NCBI GenBank assembly: GCA_963738835.1
Contig: CAVTYH010000009.1
Span: forward strand, 77-64,076
Length of the DNA: 64,000 nt
Direction of reading: 5' to 3'
From: Pirellulales bacterium
GTDB lineage: Bacteria > Planctomycetota > Planctomycetia > Pirellulales > JADZDJ01
The notes below the pieces were generated by a model that was given only the letters and a program-made list of their open reading frames with translations, was not told the origin of the DNA and ran no database searches. A program made the translations under genes and the position numbers. Numbering within the stretch: the first letter of the stretch is position 1; the number at the start of each line of letters is the position of its first letter. This document shows positions 31,525 through 41,640 of this stretch, piece by piece.

Positions 31525-32723
31525 TTGAGCGTCCTTGCTTCTGCAAGATTGAGATAATCGCCCGCGTCCGAATCTTCGCCATAATCGACCAAAATTGAAA
31601 GCCGTTTTGCGCCGGTAATGTCTAAATTGACGTCGAGCAGCGTCTCTTTGCCGGTAATCGGCTTGTCGAACAGTTTCTTGCCGTCGGCCGAAATTTGCAG
31701 CCGCACATTGCCGCCGTCGCCGACCGAATCGTCGATACCGGCCGTCGCCTGGAACGTTTTCATACCCGCCGGAAGTCGATACACAAGTGCCGTACGGCTG
31801 TAGAGCGATAAGCCCTTGGTGTACGTTTTTCCGCGTAATCGAATCGGCTGATGTTCGCGCCCTTCATCGCGCCGCGGCGCATAGTATTGAGCCAGCGCCG
31901 GGGCCGCTTTGCCGAAATCCAAATACGGCGTCCACAGCACCGACTCTGGTTCAAGATCGCTCAGATAAGCGATTTTGCCGCTGGAAAAATCGATGCGTGT
32001 GATGCTGTCGATCGGACGGCTAAACTGTTCGCCGGTCGTGGTTGTAATTTTCAATGAACCAGCGTCGAGTGAAATCGCTTTGGCCTTCAAACGCCATCCC
32101 ATGGCGTCTTCAACCTGACAAATTGCCTCGGGAAGCTTGTCGGCTGATTTGTGAACGAAAATGAATCCATCGACCTTGGCATGTTTGACGGGAATGGTTT
32201 CTCCATCCACTCGAAATAAAACCTGCTCCGCGGTAACGCCTTCGATTGTACCTTCCATGAAATCAACGGCGTCCTTCTTGCGCACGGCGAGCATGTCGGT
32301 GGCTGGGTCGTCGCTAACACCGGCCGGCCAGACGGCAGCAGCGGGATCGTCGGGCTGGGAAAATCGAACGGAGCGAATCACGGACACCGGCAGTTGAAAG
32401 ACTTTACCCGAGCCGGTTGCCAGATCGGCCCGACCATCCTTGACGGTCACCGCCGTTCCGCTGACGTATGAACCATCGATAAGATCGATCCAAGTCGTCA
32501 ACTTTTCAACCACGTCGGCCGTTGTCGCGGGCTTCGATTGCGCCGCGACCGAAAGGACATTCTCGGTCGACAATGTGATTTCTCTTTGCGGCGTTTGAAG
32601 CGTCAGTTTGTCGGCGGAAAGTTGTTGGAGTATACCTTTCGTGGTGGTGCCATCGATCGCAGTCACCTGTACCTCTGGCGCAGCAACTGCTAACACGGCG
32701 ACAAATAAAATCGAACCAACCAT
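31521..32723 (-). CDS. secreted protein with C-terminal NPCBM-like carbohydrate-binding module
   Basis: 400 aa. C-terminal YLSDLEPESV...LRGKTYTKGLSLYSRTALVYRL...FQATAGIDDSVGDGGNVRLQISADGKKLF...LSILVDYGEDSDAGDYLNLAEA pattern. 4-nt overlap with the next gene. Confidence 0.7.
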   Translation of the reverse strand: MVGSILFVAVLAVAAPEVQVTAIDGTTTKGILQQLSADKLTLQTPQREITLSTENVLSVAAQSKPATTADVVEKLTTWIDLIDGSYVSGTAVTVKDGRADLATGSGKVFQLPVSVIRSVRFSQPDDPAAAVWPAGVSDDPATDMLAVRKKDAVDFMEGTIEGVTAEQVLFRVDGETIPVKHAKVDGFIFVHKSADKLPEAICQVEDAMGWRLKAKAISLDAGSLKITTTTGEQFSRPIDSITRIDFSSGKIAYLSDLEPESVLWTPYLDFGKAAPALAQYYAPRRDEGREHQPIRLRGKTYTKGLSLYSRTALVYRLPAGMKTFQATAGIDDSVGDGGNVRLQISADGKKLFDKPITGKETLLDVNLDITGAKRLSILVDYGEDSDAGDYLNLAEARTLK

Positions 32724-32847
32724 CCGTTGATTACCTCTTCTCTGAAAACGACCCGCGATCAGATCCTATGACCGATAGGAACAGCTGTCCTCAAATGCGT
32801 TGATATTTGGCGGTTGGTCATAGGTCAATTTCTTGATACCTTCCATT

Positions 32848-34044
32848 CTATTTTTCCTCTTCGTCGGAAGCCAGCTTACGGAAGTACTGCTCGATGATGT
32901 CGCGGTAGTGCGACGGGAACTCTTTGCTGATTTGCTGCATCGCTTCTTCGCGGTCTTTGGCCGGCAAATCGCCCCAACCGCTATGGTTGCCGATGTTCTT
33001 GCTCTTTACATCGCCGGCCCCTTTGCCACGAGCCAGTCGACTTTCGTTGGCCGGATTCCGAGAGCGGATTCCCTCCGGATCGCCCGCATTGCGCCCTTGC
33101 TGGCGATCTTGTCCTTGCTGCTGATCGCGCTGGTTTTGCTGGGCCTGGCTCATGGCGTTAGCGCGGTCTTCCATCTCTTTGATCAGCTTGTCGAGCGAGG
33201 CGATGATGCCGTCTTCCACGCCGCGAACTTGCTTGCCGGCGTGCCCAAAATCGAGCCGACGCGTGACATCATTCATGCGGCGAGCAATATGATCGAGCGA
33301 ATCGTCCTCCAGCGCCGCCAAATCGGTCTGCATCAAATCGGCAACCTGTGCATAGCGACGCGGGATGTTCTTGCGCTGTTCCAACAATTTGGCGATCGTC
33401 TTCAGGCCATCGTCCTTGTGCAGCATCCAGTGGTGGCAAACGCTTTGGTAGAACAGCAGCGCGGCAGGGTCGACAACATCGGTGGGTTGCAAATCTTTCA
33501 ATTGCGCCTGGGCCTCGTCGTAAAGCCGCTCTTGGGCAAGCCACTGACCCAGGCGGAGCCGGAGGTTGTTGCGAACAAAGGCTGGCGTTTTCTCGTCGAT
33601 TAGCGCCGGGAACTCCGGCGTTCTTGTGAGACCGTGCGAATTATAACAGAGATCGACAATTTGCTTGGACGTGGGATCGACCAGCGCCAAGGTGGCGACA
33701 ACACGCTCCAGGATGGGCTTAGCTTCTGCGGTTGACGTTGCATCGTCTTTGGCTTCCGGCCACAGCGCCAACACCTGCTTACGAAGCGCCTGATCCGGTT
33801 TCTGTTCGTCGAGCCAGGCCAGAACTTGCGTCCGCACTTCGGTTGCCGTTGGCGATTTCCAAGATGGCTCGCCGGCAAATTCATCATCCAAGGCAACTTG
33901 AGCGAAAGCAGAATTAACGCTCAATGCAGCCAGTAAGATTGCCGAGATCACTGCTGTAACTCGAGGGTGCCCTGCCAGCAACGGCGACGCTGCCTCCAGT
34001 TTTTCCAATGCAGATTGGCGTTCATTGATTCTTTCCAATCTCAA
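32848..34044 (-). CDS. hypothetical secreted protein, last gene of the MoxR/BatA-type cluster
   Basis: 398-aa ORF with a hydrophobic segment VTAVISAILLAALSVNSAFA, a helical repeat region and a Gln/Arg-rich tail. It overlaps the upstream gene by 23 nt. Confidence 0.55.
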   Translation of the reverse strand: MRLERINERQSALEKLEAASPLLAGHPRVTAVISAILLAALSVNSAFAQVALDDEFAGEPSWKSPTATEVRTQVLAWLDEQKPDQALRKQVLALWPEAKDDATSTAEAKPILERVVATLALVDPTSKQIVDLCYNSHGLTRTPEFPALIDEKTPAFVRNNLRLRLGQWLAQERLYDEAQAQLKDLQPTDVVDPAALLFYQSVCHHWMLHKDDGLKTIAKLLEQRKNIPRRYAQVADLMQTDLAALEDDSLDHIARRMNDVTRRLDFGHAGKQVRGVEDGIIASLDKLIKEMEDRANAMSQAQQNQRDQQQGQDRQQGRNAGDPEGIRSRNPANESRLARGKGAGDVKSKNIGNHSGWGDLPAKDREEAMQQISKEFPSHYRDIIEQYFRKLASDEEEK

Positions 34045-36297
34045 TATCGTGAGTGGTCTTGCGCACGCGGTCTTCGCGCTCGGAAAGGCGTTTCAAGGCT
34101 TCGATCAAGTCGGGCTGATCTGCCTGTTCGACACCTTCTTGCAGCAGATCCGAATAGCGTTTGGTGCGGGTATTCACGCGCATTTGCAGTGCGCGGATCA
34201 TTTTCAACTCGGCAATGGCGTTCACCAGCGGTCGATCTTGCTGCTGGCCCGCACCTCCACCCTTCTTCATACCGCCGGGTTGTTGCTGACCGTTGCGGCG
34301 CTGCTGCTGATCTTTTTGAGCCTTTTGCAGGGAGGCCACCATTTCTTCCAGCGATTTGATAATGTCTTGCTCAATGCCTTGCGTGATCTGCCCGACCTTC
34401 GATTGCCCCAGCCGAGCGGTCACCGATTCCATGTCTTCCCGCATTTGTTCGACAGACTCGGGAAACGCAACCGACGAGCCCTCCTCGCGCAGCAGCGACA
34501 ACGTCTTGTCGGCCTCGACGGAAATGTTGGCTTCCTTGCGGCTGAGTTTGCCCGATTCAATTTCCAGATCGCGCGTGCGTTCTTCCTCGGGAATGCGATC
34601 CAGGCCGATGGTGCCTTCATAGACTTCGGCCTGTAACTGGAGCATTTTTCGGAAGCGGCCTTCGAGCATTACCAGCACGCGCTCGATTTCTTCTTCACGC
34701 AACTGACGGAGGATTTCTTCCAGTTCGGCCTTCGCCTGCTTTAGCTCCGCGATGGCTTTCTCTTGTTCCTCGGCGGCGCCGCGACGCTGCGCGTCTTCCA
34801 GCCTGCGCTCGGCTTTGCGCATTCGCTCTTCAGCCTGGCGAACGCGCTTCCGGGCCGGGCTTTCATCGTTCTGCTGATCTTCGTTGGGATTGTTTTGCTG
34901 GTTCTGGGCATCGTTCTGCTCATCGCCCTGCTGATCTTGGGGCTGACCTTTGCTCCCCTTTTGCGATTTGCCCGACTTGCTGTCGGATTTCTGCCCGGAC
35001 TTGCTGGACGATTTTTTGCCGTCCGCCGATTTGCCGCCGGATTTTTGACTGTCCGATTTTTGCTGGTCCGACTTTTGGTCATCGGACTTCTGGTCAGAGT
35101 TTTCATCTGACTTGTCGGATTTGTCGCCCTTGTCTGACTTATCGCCCGATTTGCCGTCTTTCCCGCCAGTGGATTTTTTGCCGGACTTGCTGCCTTTCTT
35201 GCCGGCGGATTTTTTGTCGTCCGATTTATCGCCGGATTTTCCATCGGAATCGCCATCGGACTTTTCGCCATCAGCGTTGCTATCGGGGTTGCCGTCCGAC
35301 TTCTTGCCGTCGGCTTTGCCGTTTGATTTGTTGTCGGATTTTTTGCCGTTGGCGCCTTTCTTGTCCGACTTACCGCCCGATTTGCCATCGGAGGATTTCT
35401 CGTCCGCTTTTTCGTTGCCGTTGGCGTCCGATTTTTCATCGGCGTTGCCATCCGAATTGCGATCGGCCGACTTGCCGGACTTATCGCTTGACTTGCCATC
35501 GTACTTTTTGCCATCCGACTTCTTACCGTCCGATTTGCCGCTGCCTTTTTGATCGCCATCTTTTTGATTCCCGTTGGCCTTTTCGCCATCCTGGCCTTGC
35601 TCACCGTCTTTGGCGTCGGCATTCTTGCCGGCGTCGGGGTTATTGCGATCGTCGAATTTATTCAGATCGCGCCTAGCTCCACCGCCTTATCGGCGATTTT
35701 GTCTTGTCGTTTGGCAAGATCTGCTTGATCCCCCTGCCCTTCCGTTTCGCCTTGGATGCCTTGCTGCTCGCGGATTAATTTGTTGATGCGTTCGATGAAG
35801 CGTTTGATTTCCGCCCGTTCGTTGGGGATTTGCTTATCGCGATCGCCACTCATCAGCAATTGCAGCAAACGATTCAGGTCCTGCTGAACCGTGGTCTGGC
35901 CTTTGGTGGCCTGATACAGCTGATCTTGCTGCAACAGTTTGACGAGCTCTTCAAACTGCGAATCGATTTGCCGTTCCTTGCTCTGGGCAAAGGCCTGCCG
36001 CAAAAGAGCCGCTCGCTTGGGATCGGTCGATTGCATCACTTCGGCCATGCGCAGAACGACCCGTTCCAGCTCTTTATATTTGCCGGCCAGCTTGGCTTGT
36101 TCGGGTGCGAGAGCGACATCTGCCGTCGATTTATCGGAGATTGCCGGAGCTGCTGCATCGGCTTCCGTTGTACCGCCGGAGTTATCGGACGACCCGGCCG
36201 GTGACTCCGTCGACTGAGCCACAGTCAGCCGGACGACGCCCACGAGCGCCAACGCCAAAGCGGTCGCCACCGGTAGCCACGGTTTTGATTGTGCCAT
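34022..36297 (-). CDS. secreted coiled-coil protein with a ~260-aa Lys/Asp/Ser/Gly low-complexity linker, split by a 1-nt deletion near 35667-35672
   Basis: Signal peptide MAQSKPWLPVATALALALVGVV...KIADKAVELG, then the frame of 34022..34822 is open upstream as RDLNKFDDRNNPDAGKNADAKDGEQG...(DGKS)n...RKAERRLEDAQRRGAAEEQEKAIAELK. The ORF-track entry 34741..35622 is the wrong frame of the same low-complexity DNA. Length is 3n+2. Confidence 0.6.
34850..35640 (-). repeat. coding low-complexity tract (D/K/S/G/N-rich); multiple frames open on both strands
   Basis: Irregular reiteration of gacttgcc / gatttgcc / ggattttt units. Several long ORFs overlap here in the ORF track. Confidence 0.8.
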
Positions 36298-36482
36298 GTC
36301 CGTAATCCTTGCGATTGGCGTTCGGGCCGGCCTATCTGCAATCGCCGTACCGACTTCTGTTATAACACCGCTGCCCGGGTTTTAGTGTCACGAGGTTGGC
36401 TAAAAGTTCCGTCACTGCCCAGTTTTTGGGCGTTCTAGCCTGATTTACTGTACGAATTTGCCCATCTGTCGAAGACTTCTTA

Positions 36483-36504
36483 GCCCCCGGCTTCCGCCGG
36501 GGGC
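36483..36504. other. strong GC hairpin in the 230-bp gap between two cluster genes
   Basis: gcccccggc-ttcc-gccgggggc, a 9-bp perfect stem. There is no convincing T-tract on the minus (coding) strand. Confidence 0.5.
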
Positions 36505-36526
36505 CATTTTGGCAAACTGTAAATGG

Positions 36527-39022
36527 TCATTCCTGTAAGTCACGTAGTTTGTTCTTGAGCTCGTCTTTCTGGCGTTTCACCGTTTCCTGATTCAGCTTTT
36601 CTTGAGTCGTGATGATGTCGCGGAGCATGTCTACGACCTCATTAAACGTCTCTAATTCTAACATCTTGTCCAAGACCAGTTTCATTTCCGCCAGGATCGC
36701 GTCGGCCTGCTTGACGGCTTCAGAAAGCTTCAGCGGACCGGCTGCTGGGTCGTCGAGTACGCGGCGGAGCTCGACCAGCCGTGCCGCGATACATGGGAAA
36801 CATCTGGGTGCTAATGTGCCGCAGCGGGTCGGCAATTTGGTCTTTGAGCCGGGTTTGCAATTCCGGCGTATCAATGCGGTTGTTGGTCATCTCTTCGCGC
36901 AGTTCGTCGAACGAATTGGCCACGGTTAGCGTTTCGCTGGCCGATCGATCGCCGTTGTCCAGCGCCCGGGCCACTCGCACCTCGCGCTGCTCAAGTGCCC
37001 GCTTTAACAGCCGCGTGCCGCGCTGCTCGGGAGTTTCGCCCGGCGGAGCGTTGTCGTCGTCCGGTTTGTCGCCGGGCTCGGCGCCGACACGCGTGTTTTC
37101 TTCCCCTGGCTCGTGACCCGCCTGATTGGCCTCAAGCTGTTTGCCATTGGGCGGAGAGAAATTAAGCCGCACCAAAAGATCGCGCGTGTCGTTCATTTCG
37201 CCGTAGATGACTTCGAATTGCCGGCGGAGCATCAGCTCGCGCCCTTCGAGCATCGAGAGTAACTGCTCCGGCGCGACGATATCGAGCTGATACCGTTCGC
37301 CTTGCCCGATGTTGGCGCCGGATGGCAACGCGCAGTTATCGGCGGCCTTGAGCGTCACCAGCAGCTTGCCGCCGATTTGCGGGACGAACGCCAGCAGCGC
37401 GATCGATTTGTTCTTGAGTGCTGATGCCGTCAATGAGCGATTTTTCATCGGTCGATGTGATCCGGGCCAGATCTTCCGGCGCTTTTATTTTCTGTCGCTC
37501 CAATAATTCGCCGATGGCACGCTGGTGTTTTAGATCGAGCGATTCGTCATTGGCCGCATCGATGGTTAGCTCGCTGCGCTGTACACCGTCGCGCGTGAGC
37601 GTGGAAGTGCGAAACGACTTTTCAGCGGGAGATTCCTGATTGAGTTGATATTCGAACCACAGCTTCGCCAAACCGTAATCGTCGCGGACGTCGCCGACCA
37701 CGGGCAGTCGGGCTTGTGGCGTGATGGCCGTACTAATTCCGTGCAGCCGCAGTGCGACCACCGGTACGTCGTCGGGTCGGGCCGCCAAAACGAGCCGCAC
37801 CGGATCGCGGCTGCGAATGCCATCGGCATCATGCAGATCGAACAGCAGCGTTGTGTCTTCCATTAGCTCTGGCAGGGTCACGTCGAAATGCCGCTGATCG
37901 CCGCCGGGCGGCAGTTGCACTTCCGTGAGCGTGCCGGCCTTATCGCCATGCACGATGGTGATTGGCACTGCCACCAGGTCTTTGTTTGACTCGCAATGCA
38001 AGGTCACCTTGGTTCCCTGCGGCAACTGCACCAGCGCGCTGGCAGGCACGGTGTTGGCGGGGCGGCCGGTATAGGCGGGGTATTCGCACGCCAATTCGAC
38101 GTGGCTGAGTGCAGGGTTATCGACAACTTCCAGCCGAAAACCGCGGTCACGGTCGTCTCCGCCGTAAATGTCGAAATCGATCGACGACATCACACCTTTG
38201 AAAACGTACGAATATTTTTGTTCGCGGTCGCGCGGGCCGGCGACGCCTACGGTGCTCATGTTGTCGCGACCACGCGTGCCGTCTTGGGTCCGATAGCGGA
38301 CTTGCACGGTGTCTGGCGCGGTGAATCGGCCCGTCAGATCGGCCGCCGCCGTGATTTCAACGTCCGAACCCTTGGCGACTTTCAGAATTCGATCGGCCGG
38401 AAAGCTTTGCATTTTCACATGATTGGCCCGCGGCCAGAGCAAGTCTTTATCCAACAGCACGACGCGATTCACCCAAGTGGCAAATGCTTCGCGTGCCGTC
38501 ACGGCAAACACCAAGACCGACATCGCCAGCGCCGCCGCAAAACCTAAAGTGCGCAACAGGGGCGAGAACCGGAATACATCTCCCAGCCGCACATCTTCCG
38601 AGCGCTCGATGGCTTGCCGGCGAGTGTGCCGAAGCATTTCGGGATTGAAATCGACGGCATGCGACGGGCGGGTGTCCAATTCGACCGTCGTGAGCAAACT
38701 GTCGCGATAATCGTGGAAGCGACGCTCCAGGAGCACGGCCAAATCGGAATCATCCAATGGCCGGAAAGCGCGGCGGATCAAATACCGATTCACCACGTAC
38801 ACGCAGCGCCGCCGCCAGCGCCACAAGCATGACCACGCGAAATTGCCAAGGCGGCTCGAAGAGCCAATCGAATGCCAAAGAAAACCAAAACGCCAGCCCC
38901 AACAGCACCACGACGGCAGCCAGCCCCTGCGTCCACACATAAGTGCGAATGCGCAGTCGCAGCGCAGCCAGCAAAGCGGCAATGCGAGGAGCGAGCGGTT
39001 GCTGTTCAATTTCAATGGACAT
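36527..39022 (-). CDS. large (~830 aa) two-TM membrane protein of the MoxR/BatA cluster, split by three 1-nt insertions near 38803, 37419 and 36791
   Basis: Four ORF-track pieces join cleanly: 38750..39022, 37336..39015, 36720..37448 and 36527..36874. The joins read ...MLVALAAAL | VYVVNRYLIRRAFRPLDDSDL..., ...SLIDGIS | LKNKSIALLAFVPQIGG..., and ...ISTQMFPM | IAARLVELRRVLDD... Total length is 3n, consistent with three +1 events. Confidence 0.6.
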
Positions 39023-39028
39023 TATTTT

Positions 39029-41639
39029 TCACGCCAGGCGACACAATCGCCGCACTAACCATTCCACGCACAAGCAGCCGGCGATTAACGCCAACAGAAA
39101 GTGCATCCAATGTTCTTCCCAGACGCGATCTTTCTGGCCAGCCACATAGGTTTCTTGCGTCTTGTCGGCGAGCTGAGCGGCCAGCGGCTCGGTGCTGCTT
39201 GCTCCAATTGCCGCAGGCATGCCGATGTACAACCGACCGCCGGTGCCGTCGGCCAGCTCCTTGAGCAGTTTGTCATTTCGTTCCGGATGCTCTTGCTCCA
39301 GCTTCGGCATGAACACCTGCAGGCGTTTGGTGAGTGGCTCGTTGGGGGCATCGGGATGCAGCTAGCTCCACGCGGCATTCGCCTTCCTGTGTGACCGTGA
39401 ATTGCCCCAGGTACATGCCTTTGCGCGACGGATCGGCCGTGAGCGCAACTGAAATCGGATGGCCATCGCGCTGTGTCACTTGCATCGTCACTTTTGGCAC
39501 ATCGAGTGGCTGGTGCTGGGGATTCGTAAGCAGCGCCCGTACGACGACCGTGTTGCCGACAACATAGCGATCGCGCTCCACCAGCAAGTTGCCGAGCTTC
39601 GAACCGCGCAGCAGCCGGCCTTGCGAGACGTGGCGAATCAGCTTGGTGTAGAACAGGTCGAAGTAGCGTTCGTCTACTTCGCGCAGTCGCCACATTTCGC
39701 CGCTGCCCATGTAAAACACACGGCCAGAACCGTAAAACTGCCCGGCGAAGTACACCGGCTTCTGATCGGCCACGGCCGCCTCCGGATCCGAATACAACGC
39801 ATAAGTTGTCGCGCCGAGTTTTGGTCCCCGCACTCGGTAGTAGCCATACACGCCTTTGAACGAATCCCAAACTTCGTGGCTGGTGGCGGCACTATCGTCA
39901 AGCCACAGGAATTCCGATTCCAGACCTTCGCGCGTGAAATCTAGCGGCCACGGTTGAGTCGATCCATAGCGGGCATCTTCTAACAGCGCCAACCGGCGAT
40001 TGAATTCTACCGGATAGAGCTTGCGTATCGTGGCCATCGTCGGCGATTGAACCCAGGCGTCGGTGTAGACTGGCCCTGCGACGACGATCAGGCCGCCCGA
40101 TTCTTCGGCGACCCATTTTTCGAGCAGTTCGATTTGCACCGGATCCAACTCGCGCCAATCGGGATCGAACGCCACAATGGTGTCGTACTCCGCCAGTTCC
40201 TGCATGGTGTGCGGAAACGTATCGAGGATTTGGTTGGCGTCTTGCGAGACGCCCTCGGTGGCCGATTGCAGCAGCACGTCGACCACCACGTCGCCGCTCT
40301 TGGCCAACTCGCTGCGGCGCAGCATGTTGCGTAGGAATTGATATTCCCGCGTCGGGCCACCGGCAAACAGCAACACGTGGTTTTTGCGATCGACAATATC
40401 AACATCCACTTCCTGCTGGTTGTCGGAAACGTCTTTGTCTTCGGCAATCGGCTTGATTCTGAAGCGTATGACGCGCCGACCGGCAGTGTCGAAGCCAGGA
40501 ATGTCGAACTTCACCGGCACAATTTCGGAATCGCCACCCAACGTGACCCGTTCGGATTTATCGAGCACCGATTCTCCGGAGCCAGATTTCGATTCGCCTG
40601 CCGCAAGCACATTCAATTCAACAGCGACGGTGCGACCGGCCAGTCCCTTCGATTGCACATAGCCGGTGACTTGGAAGCTGTCGCCGGGATAAGCCCGCGC
40701 CGGGGCAATCAAATCGCTGACTCGCACATTCGTGGGCCGAGTTGCCGAACCGATGCCGACGACATGAACGGGAATTTTGGCTTCCTGAGCCGCTTTGATG
40801 GCGGCCGAGACATCGACGCCGGCATTTTGTCCGCCGTCGCTGAATAGCACGATCGCCGAAACGGGCGCCCCACGGTCGTCGGCGATAATTTGCCGCACGG
40901 CCTGACCAATTCGCGTTTCAGCGCCTTGCGGATCAAGCTCCTTGCGCCAATCGATCTTTACAGTCTCCTTACCTTCCGATGTCGATGGTGAGTCGCTTGC
41001 CGGCTCGCGCGGGAAGCGTCGCAACGCAGCGACCCGCCGCAGATCGGCATCGAACCGCACGACATCGACATCGTGGGTCTGCCGCAGCGCGTCAAGGAAT
41101 TTGCCATCGGCCAATGCGCCAGCCACTTGATCGATCCGCCGCGGCGGGCCAGAAACGCCAGGCGTCGATCCAGAGTTTCCGGTCAGCGACTCGTCGTTAT
41201 CGCTGCGGCTCATGCTCAGGCTCGTATCCACGAGCAGGATTGCCCGCGAATTATGAATTACTTTCGTTTCGCTGCGCCGCTGAACATCCAAATACATCAG
41301 CAGCACACCGGCAAACGCAGCCAACCGCAAGAGCGCCAGCAGCGCGCCAATTCCAGGCTTCAGTTCCACGCTATCGCGACGGTACATGTACACCACGAAG
41401 GCCAGGACGATTACACAGACCAATACCAAGAGCGGCGTTTGCCACCACTCGGAGAACGATTGCAGCCGTGTCGATTCAAAACGAGTCCGCGTTAATGCAT
41501 GGGCAACGGCTGTTGAGCCCGATTCTGCCACGCTTTGCAAATCGGTCGGCACACTCGTCGTCGAAAGAGCCGCAGCGTGCGCCACGACACCAACGCTGAG
41601 CGAAATCGCAAGTGCAAAAATCAGTTTCATCCTGGCCAT
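39029..41639 (-). CDS. VWA-domain membrane protein (BatB-like), split by a 1-nt insertion near 39360
   Basis: Signal peptide MARMKLIFALAISLSVGVVAHA, TM helices, and the MIDAS motif AILLVDTSLSMS. ...QEGECRVEL continues in the next frame as HPDAPNEPLTKRLQVFMPKLEQEH...C-terminal TM. Length is 3n+1. Start ATG 41639 abuts the upstream stop. Confidence 0.7.
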
Positions 41640-41640
41640 T

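Noticed and set aside
34741-35622. 293-aa ORF (MPTPKTVSKARMAKRPT...) and 146-aa plus-strand ORF in the low-complexity tract.
   Set aside because: These are alternative frames of the D/K/S/G repeat. The frame contiguous with the conserved C-terminal domain (34022..34822) is the coding one.
36483-36504. GC hairpin between two MoxR-cluster genes as an intrinsic terminator.
   Set aside because: There is no U-tract on the coding (minus) strand. It is kept only as an unexplained hairpin feature.
35667-39366. The same 10-mer GTGGAGCTAG (Val-Glu-Leu with the rare CTA codon) occurs at two separate frame-break sites, about 35675 and about 39365 on the minus strand. This hinted at a common inserted tag.
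   Set aside because: The two breaks need different corrections (one missing base versus one extra base). No single shared insertion or deletion restores both frames, and none of the other 15 sites has the motif. It is probably coincidence, but worth a glance in the raw reads.
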